Part shown: positions 1 to 12,663 of the stretch, in pieces
How the letters are laid out: every line of letters begins with the position of its first letter
Position numbering within the stretch: position 1 is the stretch's first letter
Assembly (NCBI RefSeq): GCF_001194135.2
Contig: NC_068981.1
Coordinates: forward strand, 158,400,619 to 158,464,618
Length of the DNA: 64,000 bases
Source: Octopus bimaculoides
Taxonomy: Eukaryota
Direction of reading: 5' to 3'
The notes under the pieces: generated by a model
What the model saw: the letters and a program-made list of their open reading frames with translations, nothing else
Database searches by the model: none
Told to the model about the DNA's origin: nothing
Made by a program: the position numbers and the translations under genes

Positions 1-311
1 GTGCTTTTACCTGGCACGAACCCAAACTGCATCTCATCTAAATTGATTCGCTCCCTAATTAGTTGGGCTATGACCCTCTCTGTAACTTTCATAACCTGAT
101 CTAACAGCTTGATGCCTCTGTAATTATTTGTATCTAAAGCGTCCCCTTTACCTTTGTAGCAGTTGACTATGATGCTGCTACACCAGTCATAGGGTATGAC
201 TCCTTCGTGTATCACCTGGTTCGTAATACGGGTGACTAGGCTATAGCCAACACTGCCAGATATTTTGAGCATCTCTGCAGTGATTCCTGATGGGCCGGGG
301 GCTTTCCCGGT
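1..311 (-). mobile_element. RTE-clade LINE reverse transcriptase fragment, 5'-truncated, runs off the window start
   Basis: Manual translation of the minus strand gives an open frame: TGKAPGPSGITAEMLKISGSVGYSLVTRITNQVIHEGVIPYDWCSSIIVNCYKGKGDALDTNNYRGIKLLDQVMKVTERVIAQLIRERINLDEMQFGFVPGKS. KAPGP, KGKGD-NYRGI and QFGF are the RT domain 0-2 motifs typical of RTE LINEs. The track ORF 236..532 reads another frame. Confidence 0.9.
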
Positions 312-1445
312 CCAATATTAAGAGTTTTTCTCATAGTATTTCCCATGGTATGGTTTGTTCTAACAGAACATCCACATTTTAAGTGGGGATAAATATTACC
401 CCTTGATAAACAAAGAGTCCCAAATCTAATTTTCAATCTTCTGAAATCAATAAATACACCACAAGTATACAGGAATACATTTACTGGACTATATTTCCCC
501 CACTTCCGATGTGTGTAGCGAAGTTGATTCACTGGACTGTATTACATCCATCCATAATGAATACTGAAGTTATATGGAAGAAATTGGCATTTATTCTATT
601 ACTATTTGCTGGTGCCAATTCAGCTCTTGATAAATATGCAGCCTCTGTGTCTTTTAAAGAGGTTGTATGAAATCCTTTTTAACAGTGTACTTAACAGAAT
701 ATATATAAACTGTAATAAGCCAGCTGAGATACTTATGCTACCTTTTTTAGACACCCAAGTTCAAGTTGTGTTTTGTTAAATTTGCTCTTTATCTTACAGT
801 GTCTATAAAGTAATATATTGGTGTCAATTTCAATTGATGAAATTTTCTCCCCTACAAAACTGTTCTTATATTTAATCGAAATAAATTGCCATCAGCATAA
901 TTAAGGTGAGGAAGTAGCAGAAAAGGCAGGGTGCAATGTTTAGTTACATCCCTTTATGTTCTGAATTCAAAACTTGCCAGTGTCAACTACCTTTTATCAT
1001 CTCTGGTGTTCATGAAATACATACCAGTTGTAGACTGTGATCAGTTCTATCACTTTTATCCTCATCTCACAAATTTGTGGCAGGGTTTGATAGATAGATC
1101 TCAAACCTATGAGAAGTTTCCTACATAGTCACTTGATTTGCTTGTAACAGCAGCCAAATCTCATAAATTTCACCATACCATCTTAAAATGGGAATGACAC
1201 ATTGAATATTATTATCCTGGATACATTTCTGAAAAAAGATTGGACAGTCATGACTAGAATGCTTTTGATAGGTCTGCATAATCAAAGCTATCTTAATGCT
1301 AAGCACTATCATCATCATCAGCAGCATCTTCATGCTTCTGTCATTGTGTCAAATGATGCATTTCCAAAAATTGTTTTAATTATTGATTTTTATATTTTAT
1401 TTTGTTTTGTTTTTTCATCTGATATTTGTTTACTTTTGTTTGCAG

Positions 1446-1593
1446 AGAGTCAAATTTGGCTTGGTCCGTTCATTATAATACTTTTCATCTTACTTACGCC
1501 ATTATGGATCTGGGTGTCTAGCAAAAACAAATATACATGTGAAGTACTATATACAGGATGGACACCAGTTATAAGTGCTATGGTTATAAGTAG
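1446..1593 (+). CDS. SLC41A: SLC41 (MgtE-like magnesium transporter) internal coding exon; first exon visible in the window
   Basis: Acceptor tttgcag at 1444-1445, donor gttagt at 1594. Encodes SQIWLGPFIIILFILLTPLWIWVSSKNKYTCEVLYTGWTPVISAMVIS, matching the SLC41 EVLxxGWxPVIxAMxIS motif. The 148-nt length is phase-compatible with the next exon. Confidence 0.88.
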
Positions 1594-2771
1594 GTTAGTA
1601 TAAGTAGCACTTTTTTCATTACTACTTGATTTGTCACTTTTCACTGGTTGCTGAAAGGATTTCAAATATTTCCAGGTAATGTGACTGATTAAGGTTTGCT
1701 GACTTAATCATCTATTGCTTGAGATATTTTGATTATTAATCCCATGGTATGTGAACTTTCAGTAATTTGATTCAAGTCCTATAACTTGTGAATGATTTAA
1801 CATTTAACTCATGAATTATCTCTCACTTACTAAAATAATTGTGACTTGTGACTTTTTGATATCTTCAGAAGTTCCAAAGATTTGGCTTATATTTATGGCT
1901 TTTTAAAGATTTAGTCACCTTGTTTCCAGAGAATTCAGTCAATATCAATATTTATAAAAGTTCAATCAACTTAGTGTTCTACTACTGTAGAGACTTAGAA
2001 ACAGCTTGCAAGTGCAGTCAGTCAAAAACTCTGCATACTGGATGCCAGTAGGTTTCAGGAAAGAATGTGCACTATTTTGGGGCCTTCTTCTCAATGGCTT
2101 TACGATACACTGGCTCCCATCACTGATGTGTGGCTCCACCTATTATTTTGACTGACTACTATTCAACCTGAAGTCCATTTCAGGATCATCACCTCTCCAG
2201 CTAGGTTTCATCATTCCTTTTCAGTCATATTCAACGACTGGCCCTCTCAACTGTCACCTGGATCTCCTTCAAGATGGGAGGTGAAATAGGGAATGGTTCA
2301 CTACCTTGCTTAAAGTCACTTTCCTCTACCAATAATGGCAAGATATGATCTTGTACCATATTGTATTGAGTTATTATAAAACCACAATGAAAAATATTAC
2401 TTTAATTTAAAGATTAACTTTTCCTCCTTCAGCTATTAATGAAAATTAAAAGTAGGATTAGTGATTCTTCTGTATGTGATTGATTTAAGTGGATTCTTAA
2501 TGAAGTTGTTTGGTTCACAGCATCAATTTTAAATCCTGTTGGAAGAGTCTCGAGTTTAACAGATTTTGAAAACTATTTAAGAAATCATTTGAAAATCCTA
2601 TTTCAATACATGGTATAGTAGTGACAGTAAGAACTTTTGATTGCAGAATATTATTGTTTCAATAAAATCCATGTACAAGAAATAATTCACATAAAAAGTG
2701 TCTTGATTAAGATTATAGAAATAAAAAATAAAAGCATCATGCTCATCTCTTCTTTTCTTTGTTTATTACAG

Positions 2772-2845
2772 TATTGGTGGTTTAATATTAGACTTCACTG
2801 TATCTAACTACCATGGTATTGCTGTCTTTCAACCAGTCATCAATG
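2772..2845 (+). CDS. SLC41A: SLC41 coding exon
   Basis: ttacag acceptor and gttagt donor. 74 nt encoding (S)IGGLILDFTVSNYHGIAVFQPVIN(G), matching SLC41 SxGGLILDxTV...AVFxPVING. Not in the ORF track. Confidence 0.92.
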
Positions 2846-2869
2846 GTTAGTAGTTTCTTTATAATTATT

Positions 2870-3460
2870 ATCACTATCTTAAGAGTGAATGGATTGGCAG
2901 AATTGTTTGAATGTTGAATAAAATGCCTTGTAGTATTTGTTCCAGTTCTTTGGGTTCTGAGTTCAGACCTTGTTGAACTTTGCATCTCATCCCTTCACAT
3001 TTCATCCTTCCAGATAAAATAAACTACATGCCAAGTACTGGGGTTTATGATATCGACTAACTCCCTTCTACAAAACTATCATATAAAGTTAGTGAAAGGC
3101 AGAATTATCATTATTCTTATCAAGGGTAATTGATATCAGAAAAAAATAGAGCAATGCAGTAACTGCCTTGTAGTACTTAGCTGTGTTTCTTCATTGAAAT
3201 CTCAATAGAGTTGACTTTGCTTTTTATACTTCCAGAGTCAATAAAATAGTACCAGTCTAATTGATTATACTCACCCTGCCAATCATCAAAGTGTTGTCTT
3301 GTTGGAAACCATTATTATTATGACTAATAATATTTTAAAGGTTACAAGCATTGAACTTGTTGACTAAATACCTAATAATACTTAGTGTCATTTCACTTCA
3401 TTTTGAGTTCAAATCCTGTTAGGATTGAGTATGCCTTTCATCTGTCTGGAAATGTCTGGT
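2870..3460 (+). repeat. Three degenerate copies of the Nin-domain-type tRNA-derived SINE in an SLC41 intron
   Basis: Repeated ttctgagttcaaat...gttgactttgc..ttcatcc...gataaaat..tacca motifs at about 2945-3050, 3190-3260 and 3400-3450. Same family as the better-preserved copy at 42672-42875, with CpGs lost. Confidence 0.6.
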
Positions 3461-3724
3461 GCTTTCATCCATCTCCCCTTTTCTAGCATGGGTTGGGCAG
3501 AATGATATATTCTTACTGTTCTTGATCCTTTTTTATTTCATCTATGAGGGCCCCCACATTCACACATCTGGCTTCTAATTATACATGCTTTTAATTTATT
3601 ATCACATATACATTTAAGAAATAAAATTACTCACTGGCCACATCAAGTTTTATGTTGTATGTATCCTCAGGTAATTCTGCATGTCCCACAAAGATCCATG
3701 ATTACAGCACTAAATATTGTTTCT

Positions 3725-3885
3725 GATATAGTCACAAGATCAGCAGTTCTGAGGGGAGGGAATTAATTAAGTTAACTTCAGTACTCAACATGTAGTTTAT
3801 TGACCCCAATGGAATGAAAGGTGAAGTTGACCTTAGTGTGATTTGAACTCAAAACATAGAAAGCATTTCATCTGAGGCACTAATA
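3725..3885 (-). repeat. Degenerate Nin-type SINE, antisense to the neighbouring copies
   Basis: tttattgaccccaatggaatgaaaggtgaagttgaccttagtgtgatttgaactcaaaac is the reverse complement of the family core. Confidence 0.65.
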
Positions 3886-4399
3886 TCATTGTCAATTCAC
3901 CACCCTTTTATACCAAATAAGAATGATTTCTTATTATTAATTAGTATAATGGTCATGTGTTGTTATTACAGCTATTATATACTTTAGACAAGTAACATTA
4001 CTTTACATTAGCAATATCAGGCAATTAGACCTAATGACCTCTTCCACAAATTCTTATATAGACTAATTGTTGCATATCATCATCAGCTTCCTCAGATGCT
4101 GAATTCTATTCTAAAATCATCAAGTGCTTGAGTATATAATTACCAGTAAAACAGAAATCATTGCTCTGGTTCCCTATTGGCTAGTAATTTCACTGTCATC
4201 TTCATTTTAACATCCGCTTTCCCATGCTGGCATGGGTTGGATCGAATTCATTGAAGTGAATTTCCTACAGCCAGATGCTCTTCCTGTCACCAACTGTCAT
4301 CTGTTTCTAAACAAGATATTTCCCCATAGCCAGACACGTTTTCATGGAATGTTGGAAACAAAGGACATTGCTTGCATGATGGTGATATTATCACATGAA

Positions 4400-4585
4400 A
4401 TGAAAGCAAGGAAAAGTAAGATACACACATACACACTTTCAGTTTCAGTCTTTCAACTCCACTCAGAAGGCTTTGGTTAACTTGAGGCTATAGTTGAAGA
4501 TACCTGCCCAAAGTGTTACACAGTGGACTGAACCTGAAACCACATGATTAGGAAGCAAGCTTCTTATCATACAGCTCTGCCTAAA
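4400..4585 (-). repeat. Degenerate tRNA-head SINE (family with internal microsatellite)
   Basis: gaggctatagttgaagatacctgcccaaagtgttacacagtggactgaacctgaaaccacatg matches the family head seen intact at 51960-52146. Confidence 0.65.
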
Positions 4586-4953
4586 CCTAACCATGCCTGT
4601 ATTTATATTTATTCATTCACATTAAGTGACAAAGTAACTGTAGTTATTCTGTTGTTACTCTGAAGAGAATGTTAGTGCTGTATGTTTTTTTGTGAGTGTA
4701 ACTTACCTGAACAAAATGCTTTGTGTGTAATATAATGAAGCTAAGACTAGAAGCAAAACCTATTCAATATTTTTGCTTGGAACTTTGTCATTTATTTACA
4801 GTCTGCATAGTTGACTAGTAGTACCAATTTAAGTACACTAGACTTACATAGCATACACAAAACCCAAATATATTATACACTACAGCCACTATCATTTTAA
4901 CAACTCTCAGAACTATAGTTTTCAAATATTTACAAATCTAACAATTTATATAA

Positions 4954-4995
<42 letters not shown>

Positions 4996-6430
4996 TTGCT
5001 ACATACACTTGATATGGTCATAGTCTAACAATAAACGTCATTCAATTATATCTACACTACCATTTACACTTACTTGCTGCCGTCATATGCAAACAAACTT
5101 TCATTTATCTTGCTTTACCAGCCTTTTACTTGGCTAAAAACATAGGAAAACTGTTGGCATTCCATTTCAAGAATTGAATATAGAGATCAGCACTGTATTT
5201 AGGCACTGTTCTATTAGGTAACTGTACAGAACTAGCCTGCAGATAATACAGATGTTGTCATGGTAACAAACTACTCCAGTACTATTTACAACAAGGTGAC
5301 ACCTATACCAGGACACTCTGAACTAAATTATGCAGTGAAAATGTTAATCTTATATGTTTCAGTTCATCTCATTGTGGTGAATAGGTTCTAGAAACTTCTA
5401 GGAAATCTATATCCTATGACTTTGTATCTTTCAAGGTGAAGTCATCTCCATTCTGATTAACTCTATTGAATGAAGAGATAATCATTGACCTTATAATCTC
5501 CCATTATTGATGCTAACCACTCCGCTATGAAGAAAAATGGTATTTATTTATAATCAAGTGGTGTGAAGCAAATAAAAGAAGTGATGCAGTAGTTATGTAT
5601 TGTATAACATTGCCACCGCATGTTTTCAAATTATGATTTAGTTCAATTTATTGAGAGTCAATGATTGAAGAACAAGATATATGACTGAAGTGTGGCTATT
5701 GTCTCTGATTGATGGGGTATTTACTATCTTTGATTGATAAGTAAATTACAATACTGTGCCATACACCTGTGGGAGTGTGATACAGTAGTAGGGAAGATGA
5801 TTGAAACTGTATTTGATATTAAGCTTGTAAGTTCAATCTTCATGTGAACAAACTGAACAAACCTAAAGAAAATTGTACAATATATTTACTGGAAGTTTAG
5901 CATAGATAGAAATGGTTGAAACATTACAGATAAGATTATAACACTTTGGTAGACCTTCACTACTCTGCTTTTACCCTGTTATCCCAATCTTAAATGTTGA
6001 GGCCCCTGTACCATTTCTTCAGAATAACTAATATTTAGCAACATTTGTACAAAAACCAATGAGTTGGTGGGTATTATATTTAATGCAGGAAAGAAGCTAA
6101 CAAGAAATAATGAAGCAGTAATGAAAAAAAACTATATTAATCTTTGGTATTTTAATTATTTTGGCAAGTATGGAACATAATCCAGTCTTCTTATGATCGC
6201 ATCAATGAGATATAGACTTCACTGTACTTACAATTATCACTTAGAAAATAACAAGAACGTCTTTCTTGTTAACTTTTCGATATTTCATGCATCTAACTTT
6301 TTTTTGCTGATGACGTCTCTGAACAATTTGTATAGAGACAGCTTACAATTGCTGCAAGACTGTTCCACTGTATAATTTTATTTTGCCATCTAAATCTTTG
6401 TTTTATTAATTTATTCTTTTGTTGTTGCAG

Positions 6431-6565
6431 GTGTTGGTGGCAACCTGGTAGCAGTCCAAGCTAGCCGTTTATCTACAGGTTTACACAAAATCAGTACCCC
6501 AGGACATTTACCTTCACACTTACATAGTGGATGTCCAAACCCTATTAAGAGTTTTTGTGGGTCTC
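6431..6565 (+). CDS. SLC41A: SLC41 coding exon
   Basis: ttgcag acceptor and gtaagt donor. 135 nt encoding (G)VGGNLVAVQASRLSTGLHKISTPGHLPSHLHSGCPNPIKSFCGS, containing the conserved GVGGNLVAVQASRxST MgtE-domain motif. Confidence 0.95.
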
Positions 6566-8448
6566 GTAAGTATAACTTGGCTTGTACTTACTTACCACTT
6601 TTATCCTGTTAATTTACAGTTTTGTAACAACTAACCTATTGTTGCTATCACCTGTGGATTTTACACTTACATATTGGTGACATGACCTACTTTACTTACT
6701 TACTTAAGCTTTTCACTTCCTGTGAAGCATAGGCCATCAACAACTTTTCTCCACTGTTCTTGACTCTCAGACATCTTTTCTGCTTCTCTCCAGTTGGATC
6801 CCTGCTTTTTCAGTTCTGTTTCAGCTCACATCCACTCCCTGGTATTATTGGTTTTGAATTGTCCTTGGTGCTACTATAACTTTGCTTTTTTCTAGGTAAG
6901 GGTGTCGGTCCTATGCAAACCCATTTTTTACCTCTGGAAAGAAGTAGTTCATTTTAGTCTAGCCTTTGATCTGTCCAGCATGGTAGGACCCTGACAGATG
7001 CTTGAATTTTGTTGGCATAGTTCTTAGGGTCACTGAACCACACAAACACCACACTAATAAGGACTGGATCTTGTAGCTGTACTTTAGTTGTACATATTAC
7101 GAGATATAGCTTCAATCACTATATTATCTTACTTTCACTGTAATACCTCTCTCATCATTAATTACTAGATGACCTACCATACTTTCCTTACATCACCGTA
7201 TCTCAAACACACCTGTTGCATTGTCCTACTTTATCACCAACAAAAACTCACTGGGAAGTAGAAGCAACTTTTACATGGTTACACAAAGCAGTCAAACCTA
7301 ATCACACCCTGGCATCTTGAAAGTTGTATATATATATATATATATATACATTGGATAATTTAGTTTTCGATACATATACCTGAAGTTAAGATGGAATGGT
7401 CATGATGGATCGCCTATGATCATAGATTTCCATGGTTGATTGACACTAAACAGCAACAGCCAAGAAGGAATCTTCACAAGATCATTCAATCTGTTGGAAA
7501 TAGCAGTCAAATCTCCCTTCAAATCATACACTACTGACTAAAAAGAAGCTTATACTTGAAAGCGTAGTCTTGGATACATTATTCCTGAAAGAAGTAATCA
7601 ATGGCCACAATTAAAATAACTTTGATGATAGGTTTGCTTAACCAGGACCAATGGCTAAATAACTACACCACCATTATCACTGCTACCAACACCACACCAG
7701 ATCATTTCATTACCTACTGACACACAAGCCACATAACATCCCATTATCACCAACAACTATACCACATTACGTTATTCTATCATCAACACCATATACACAC
7801 ATCATATTGTATGACTACCAACATGTATTGCATACCATATCCTATGACCAATGCCATGAGTCTCTGCATGGTTGCTGGATGTGCTACAAATAGCAGCCAT
7901 GTCTCTCTCAAATTACACTCTACCATACAAGAGGACATTGGATAATGTGATCCTGAAGGTGCTGTGCCTAGGACAAAAAAAAAGAAAAGAGATGGGCTGG
8001 GTTAGAATATCATTGGTCATGGATCTGCTTGACCAGGGCTAGCATAGGGCTAAACAACAACTGGCATACACACATGTAGCTTCACATTACAGGTGCAATG
8101 AAATATAGACAATCTTCAAAAATTATGGTGAAGACCCCGATGGAAGACATTAAGTCCATGACTGCTGATGAACTTATAATACAAAGAGTGAATTGGATAT
8201 GTGATGTGTTAGTCATTGTGTCCAATACAGTTACAAGTTATAGTCAACATATGAGGTTAATAATGATTTTACTTCCCTAAAACATATCCTACTACCACAA
8301 AGACATACTCCACTGTCACATTCACATTAATAACTGCCATATATGAAGGAATTATTTGACTTCAACTCTATTAGGAAACTCTTAAAAGATGATGGATGTC
8401 CAAAGCTGGAGACTTTTTCTGGATTCCATGCACAGAGTCACTGGACTG

Positions 8449-8449
<1 letters not shown>

Positions 8450-8483
<34 letters not shown>

Positions 8484-8678
8484 GTTTAATGTCCGCTTTC
8501 CATGCTAGCATGGGTTGAACGATTTGACTGAGGACTGGTGAACCAGATGGCAACACCAGGCTCCAATCTGATTTGGCAGAGTTTCTACAGCTGGATGCTC
8601 TTCCTAACGCCAACCACTCTGAGAGTGTAGTGGGTGCTTTTACGTGTCACCCGCACGAAGGCCAGTCAGGCGGTGCCA
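8450..8678 (-). repeat. SINE or LINE 3' half with a (GAT)n tail (RTE-type tail); related fragments at about 4195-4290, 11116-11253 and 23340-23450
   Basis: (cat)n-cgtttaatgtccgctttccatgctagcatgggttg...ctggatgctcttcctaacgccaacc recurs several times in the window. The trinucleotide tail is typical of RTE-mobilised elements. Confidence 0.7.
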
Positions 8679-8867
8679 AAATATTCTGTGATGAATCGGA
8701 GTTGATTCAAAGAGCTGTGTTAATGGAAATATCTTGCCTGATTTTGGAGGTCTTCATCCTGATCTCAGTTTAACCTATACTGCTAACCTCATCAGTGAAC
8801 ATTCTTTCACAGTGTCTCCAGCCTGTTACAGATTCACTCTCCTAATTACATATCTTTTTATCTTCAG

Positions 8868-9016
8868 ATGTTGACTCAAAGTCATCCCGGGTGATGCTGT
8901 TCCTTGTTATCCCAGGTCATCTGATCTTCATGTACACAATATCATTTATGATGGCTGGCCACACAACCATAACTTTCATCTTTGCTTCCATTTATCTTAC
9001 CACTGCTCTCCTTCAG
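8868..9016 (+). CDS. SLC41A: SLC41 coding exon
   Basis: ttcag acceptor and gtaagc donor. 149 nt encoding (H)VDSKSSRVMLFLVIPGHLIFMYTISFMMAGHTTITFIFASIYLTTALLQ, matching SLC41 RVLxxLVxPGHLxF...ALLQ. Confidence 0.93.
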
Positions 9017-9597
9017 GTAAGCTATCCTATTCCAGTAAGGGAAGTAATCTGGGTTTATGATTTTGTGTAGCATGAGTAGTATTTCAGAATGTTGGGATGC
9101 ATTGAGATTTAAGCCTTTGTGGAGCTAGTGAATGTGTCTGGCTTGGTAAACTATTTGAGGTTATGTTGCAAGTGAAGTAGTAACAAGCCAGCTATGTGTT
9201 TGTGATGAGTATGTTGGATGTAGTGGTGTGTGGTAGGAGTTGTGTTGATGTGATATTTCATGCTTGTAAGCTGGAGATGTTGGAGTATGATGAAGACAGT
9301 GGTGCTTGTTTGAAGTAGAAAATAGAGAAATGGATTAAGATTTTTGGAATGTGTGTGTGTGTGTGTGTGTGTTGACCTAAATCATGGAGGATATAAGAGA
9401 TTACATACGGAGATTTCACTTGGGTTGCTAGGCCTTACAACAGTGCATGATGAGTAATGGTATGTTGTGTGGTAAGCATGTCCAACCCATACCGGTCAGA
9501 TGGTTATGGCGTGTGTGTTTGTATGTGCACATGTACACATAAAACAAATTGGTACTTGTTGCTAAAACTAACCAAAATCTGCCTTTTATCTTGCCAG

Positions 9598-9783
9598 GTT
9601 GCCTTACTGCTCTACATTGCCAACTGGATGGTCATACATATGTGGAAGAATGGAAATGATCCAGATAACTTTGCTATTCCTTACTTAACAGCCATTGGAG
9701 ATTTAACAGGGACTGCATTCTTGGCTGTTGCCTTCCACATCCTTTATCTGATTGGTGACCGTGATGCCGATGTTGGTGATTGA
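9598..9783 (+). CDS. SLC41A: SLC41 terminal coding exon
   Basis: ttgccag acceptor. Encodes [61 protein letters not shown] then TGA. DPDNxxIPYLTAxGDLxGT is the second MgtE signature of SLC41. Confidence 0.96.
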   Translation, partial: VALLLYIANWMVIHMWKNGNDPDNFAIPYLTAIGDLTGTAFLAVAFHILYLIGDRDADVGD

Positions 9784-9945
9784 ACATTCACTTCCTTCTG
9801 TTTATATTTTATTTTATCTCCTGATTATATTTTTTTTACTCTTTTCAATGCTTGTTTCATATTTATGTGTGCATTTGTAATGTATGTGTGCATATAATCA
9901 CACATATATTGCTATCCATTTCCAAATGCACACAGACATATACAC

Positions 9946-9949
<4 letters not shown>

Positions 9950-10022
<73 letters not shown>
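9950..10022. repeat. (TA)n microsatellite; representative of many (TA)n, (CA)n, (GA)n, (TACA)n and (TAGA)n tracts, many of which border N gaps
   Basis: Read directly. Other examples: 15614-15660 (GA)n, 23563-23612 (GA)n, 27003-27048 (TACA)n, 38820-38945, 40250-40320 (CTAT)n, 46960-47085 (GT)n, 62890-62950 (TAGA)n. Confidence 0.95.
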
Positions 10023-10028
<6 letters not shown>

Positions 10029-10145
10029 TAATTGGTAAACATTTGTAAATAATATTATTTTAAGTTAAAAATATAACAAACTCTAACACTTACAAATATA
10101 TACTAATTAATATTGTTTATATATAAAAACTTTTAGCTGTTAATT

Positions 10146-10189
<44 letters not shown>

Positions 10190-11053
10190 CAAGACTTCAA
10201 GACCACTTGGCCGTTGAAACATTGATCTGACAAGGATTTCTGTAATGAATGCGGAAATATATTTTCCACTTGGTGGTGACTGATTCTATGTTGTATATAA
10301 ATAACAAAAGAGAAAAAGACATGATATTTCATATTCATGCTCTTTGCATTTGTTTGTGCATTAATGCATGTAACCATTATTTCAGAGTGTGGCTTGTTAT
10401 GAATCTTTTCTGGCCATTATTATGGTGTGTTATCAACTTCTTGCAAATTCTGTGGCTAACAATTATTTTTCAGGGATTTTGTGAGATATTTTATATAACC
10501 AAGATTATACCACAAAAGTTGAATTTTCTAAATACTTCAGAGCTAAACATCTGCTAATTCTTTACAAAGTACAAATACATAATACACACTGTAAATTGTA
10601 TTATCAGAAAAGGCCTTCCTACTGAAATCAAAGTCTTCACTTTTAACTAACTACATTAATCTACAGATGTGTGTGCACTATGCCCTTCCTTCTGATATTG
10701 TAAAAGCTTCTGCAAGTTTACTAACTAAGCTCTATTTTATTTAATGCATAAAATTTACTTCCTTTTTATTTTTTTTACCACCCTTTTCATATCTCACAAC
10801 GGGTATTTCTTTCCTGTAAAACAGAAACCAAAGAGACTGGTTAGTAAGATTTGTATTATCTAGAGAAACCAACAAAAGAAGTACAGTGAAGTTGCTGTAG
10901 GAAGTAGAAAATCCAATAGAGAAGTTGACAAGCGTGAAATTAAAACAAGCGAGCAGAGTATCTTTTTCTAACACAAAACTTTCCATTTAGTACATTATTC
11001 CAAATAGCACTTTGGGATTGCCATACATACCTAATTGGTATCTTTTGAATATA

Positions 11054-12663
11054 CACCAAGAACTATGCTAATAGCTTAGGAGTGAAATTTAGGATTTCTC
11101 AGTTTTCTGTGAATTCATCATTATTATCATCATCGTTTAACGTTCACTTTCCATGCTAGCATAGGTTGGATGATTTGACTGAGGACTGGTGAAACCAGAT
11201 GGCTGCACCAGGCTCCAATCTGATTTGGCAGAGTTTCTACAGCTGGATGTCCTTAGCTTTTCCCAGCTGGTTTGCACACTATGGCAACACCATTGTTATG
11301 TTTTCATTATTCTGTGTAATGTCTTTTCTTTTTTATTTCAGATTCTTCAGAAAATGAAGGGTAATGATACATATTAAGCATACATTGAGTACATATTTAA
11401 CAGAAAACCATAATATTATAACATTTATTCACATAATGAATTATTTAACCACATGAGTGCCATTTCGACAGATAACTTCAAAAATCCTATTAGTCATGGA
11501 TTTGTCAACTTCTTAATAGTAGCAGGTTGGACTGCCTCTACTGCAGCTTTGATGGTCACTCATAAGACATCTTTCAACATAAATTGGCGTCCATTTGGCA
11601 TAAACATCTTGTTTAATGATGGTCCAAACATTTTCAATAGGGTTTGAGATCCGGAGATGCTAGTGGCCACACCATCGACCTTTCACCTTGTGTGCCGTCA
11701 GACCCTACGAATGTTTGGGTGGTTCTAGCAGAGTGGGAGGGAGCATTGTAATGCATAAATATGAGATTCCTTAGAAGTGACAGCAGTATGTCATCTAGCC
11801 AGCGATCCAAGACCTCCTTCAGGAGATTGCAGTAGACGGCTACGATTACTTTAGCCTCTTCAGGCACCTTGACTGGGCCAACAAGTCTGTCCCCAATGAT
11901 ACCAGCCCACAATGTGAGTCCTCCACCCTGTTGTTGACGTCGTAAACATTGGTGATACTTATCTCCAAAATAGAACCAACCATTTGCCCAGCTATCAGAT
12001 TTGTCAAGGGTTACCCTGGTTTCGTCAGTGAACAGAACACAACTCACGTATAACATCATGTACTTTTGCGCCCATTGAAGCTTCAAACTCCCGTGAGGAG
12101 GCAGTTTCAAGGGTTCTTGCATGGAAGCCATGGTCCTGAATATGCAATTTCTGGTGGTTTTCGGTACATGAGGAAGTCCAGAGGCAGTGAAAATGGCTTT
12201 GTTTGTTTGTCCAGGTTTCCCACATGACTTGTGGCCTAAAATCCCTAAATTCCTTAAATGCTTAGCTGACACAATCATGGAGGTCCCACAATTGGATCGT
12301 TTCTTCCTTGGCACTCATGTGGCTAAATAATTCATTATGTCAATAAATGTTATAATATTATCATGGTTTTCTGTTAAATATATACTCAATGTATGTTTAA
12401 TATGTATCATTACCCTTCATTTTCTGAAAAAAATGTCTAGATGAGCTATTTTCATTCAAAAGCTATTAATGTGGTTCATCTAAAAACTGAAGAATCTGAA
12501 ATAGAAAAGAAAAGACGTTACACAGAATAATGAAAAAATGACAATGGTGTTGCCATAGTATGCAAACCAGCTGGGAAAAGTTTTATCAAAATCGATTTAG
12601 AATTACTCAGAAAACCGAGTAATCCTAAATTTCACTCCTGAGCTATTAGTGTGGTTCTGGGTG
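11054..12663 (-). mobile_element. Tc1-like DNA transposon, DD37E (TRT-type), defective, with long terminal inverted repeats
   Basis: Transposase relic at 11440-12314: VLFTDETRVTLD...RRQQQGGGLTLWAGII...FMHYNAPSH...WPLASPDL, then after a +1 frameshift NPIENVW...NGTHVVK*. 37 residues separate the second catalytic position (mutated D to Y) from the E. Inverted arms lie at about 11054-11461 and 12310-12663. TA precedes the left end. Confidence 0.9.
11116..11253 (-). repeat. RTE-tail SINE fragment inserted in the left TIR of the DD37E element
   Basis: Absent from the right arm; same sequence as 8470-8600. Confidence 0.75.

Noticed and set aside
9457-9597. N-terminal part of track ORF 9457..9783
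   Set aside because: It is intron sequence; the real exon starts at 9598 after the ttgccag acceptor. The same applies to ORF 1202..1603 outside 1446-1593.
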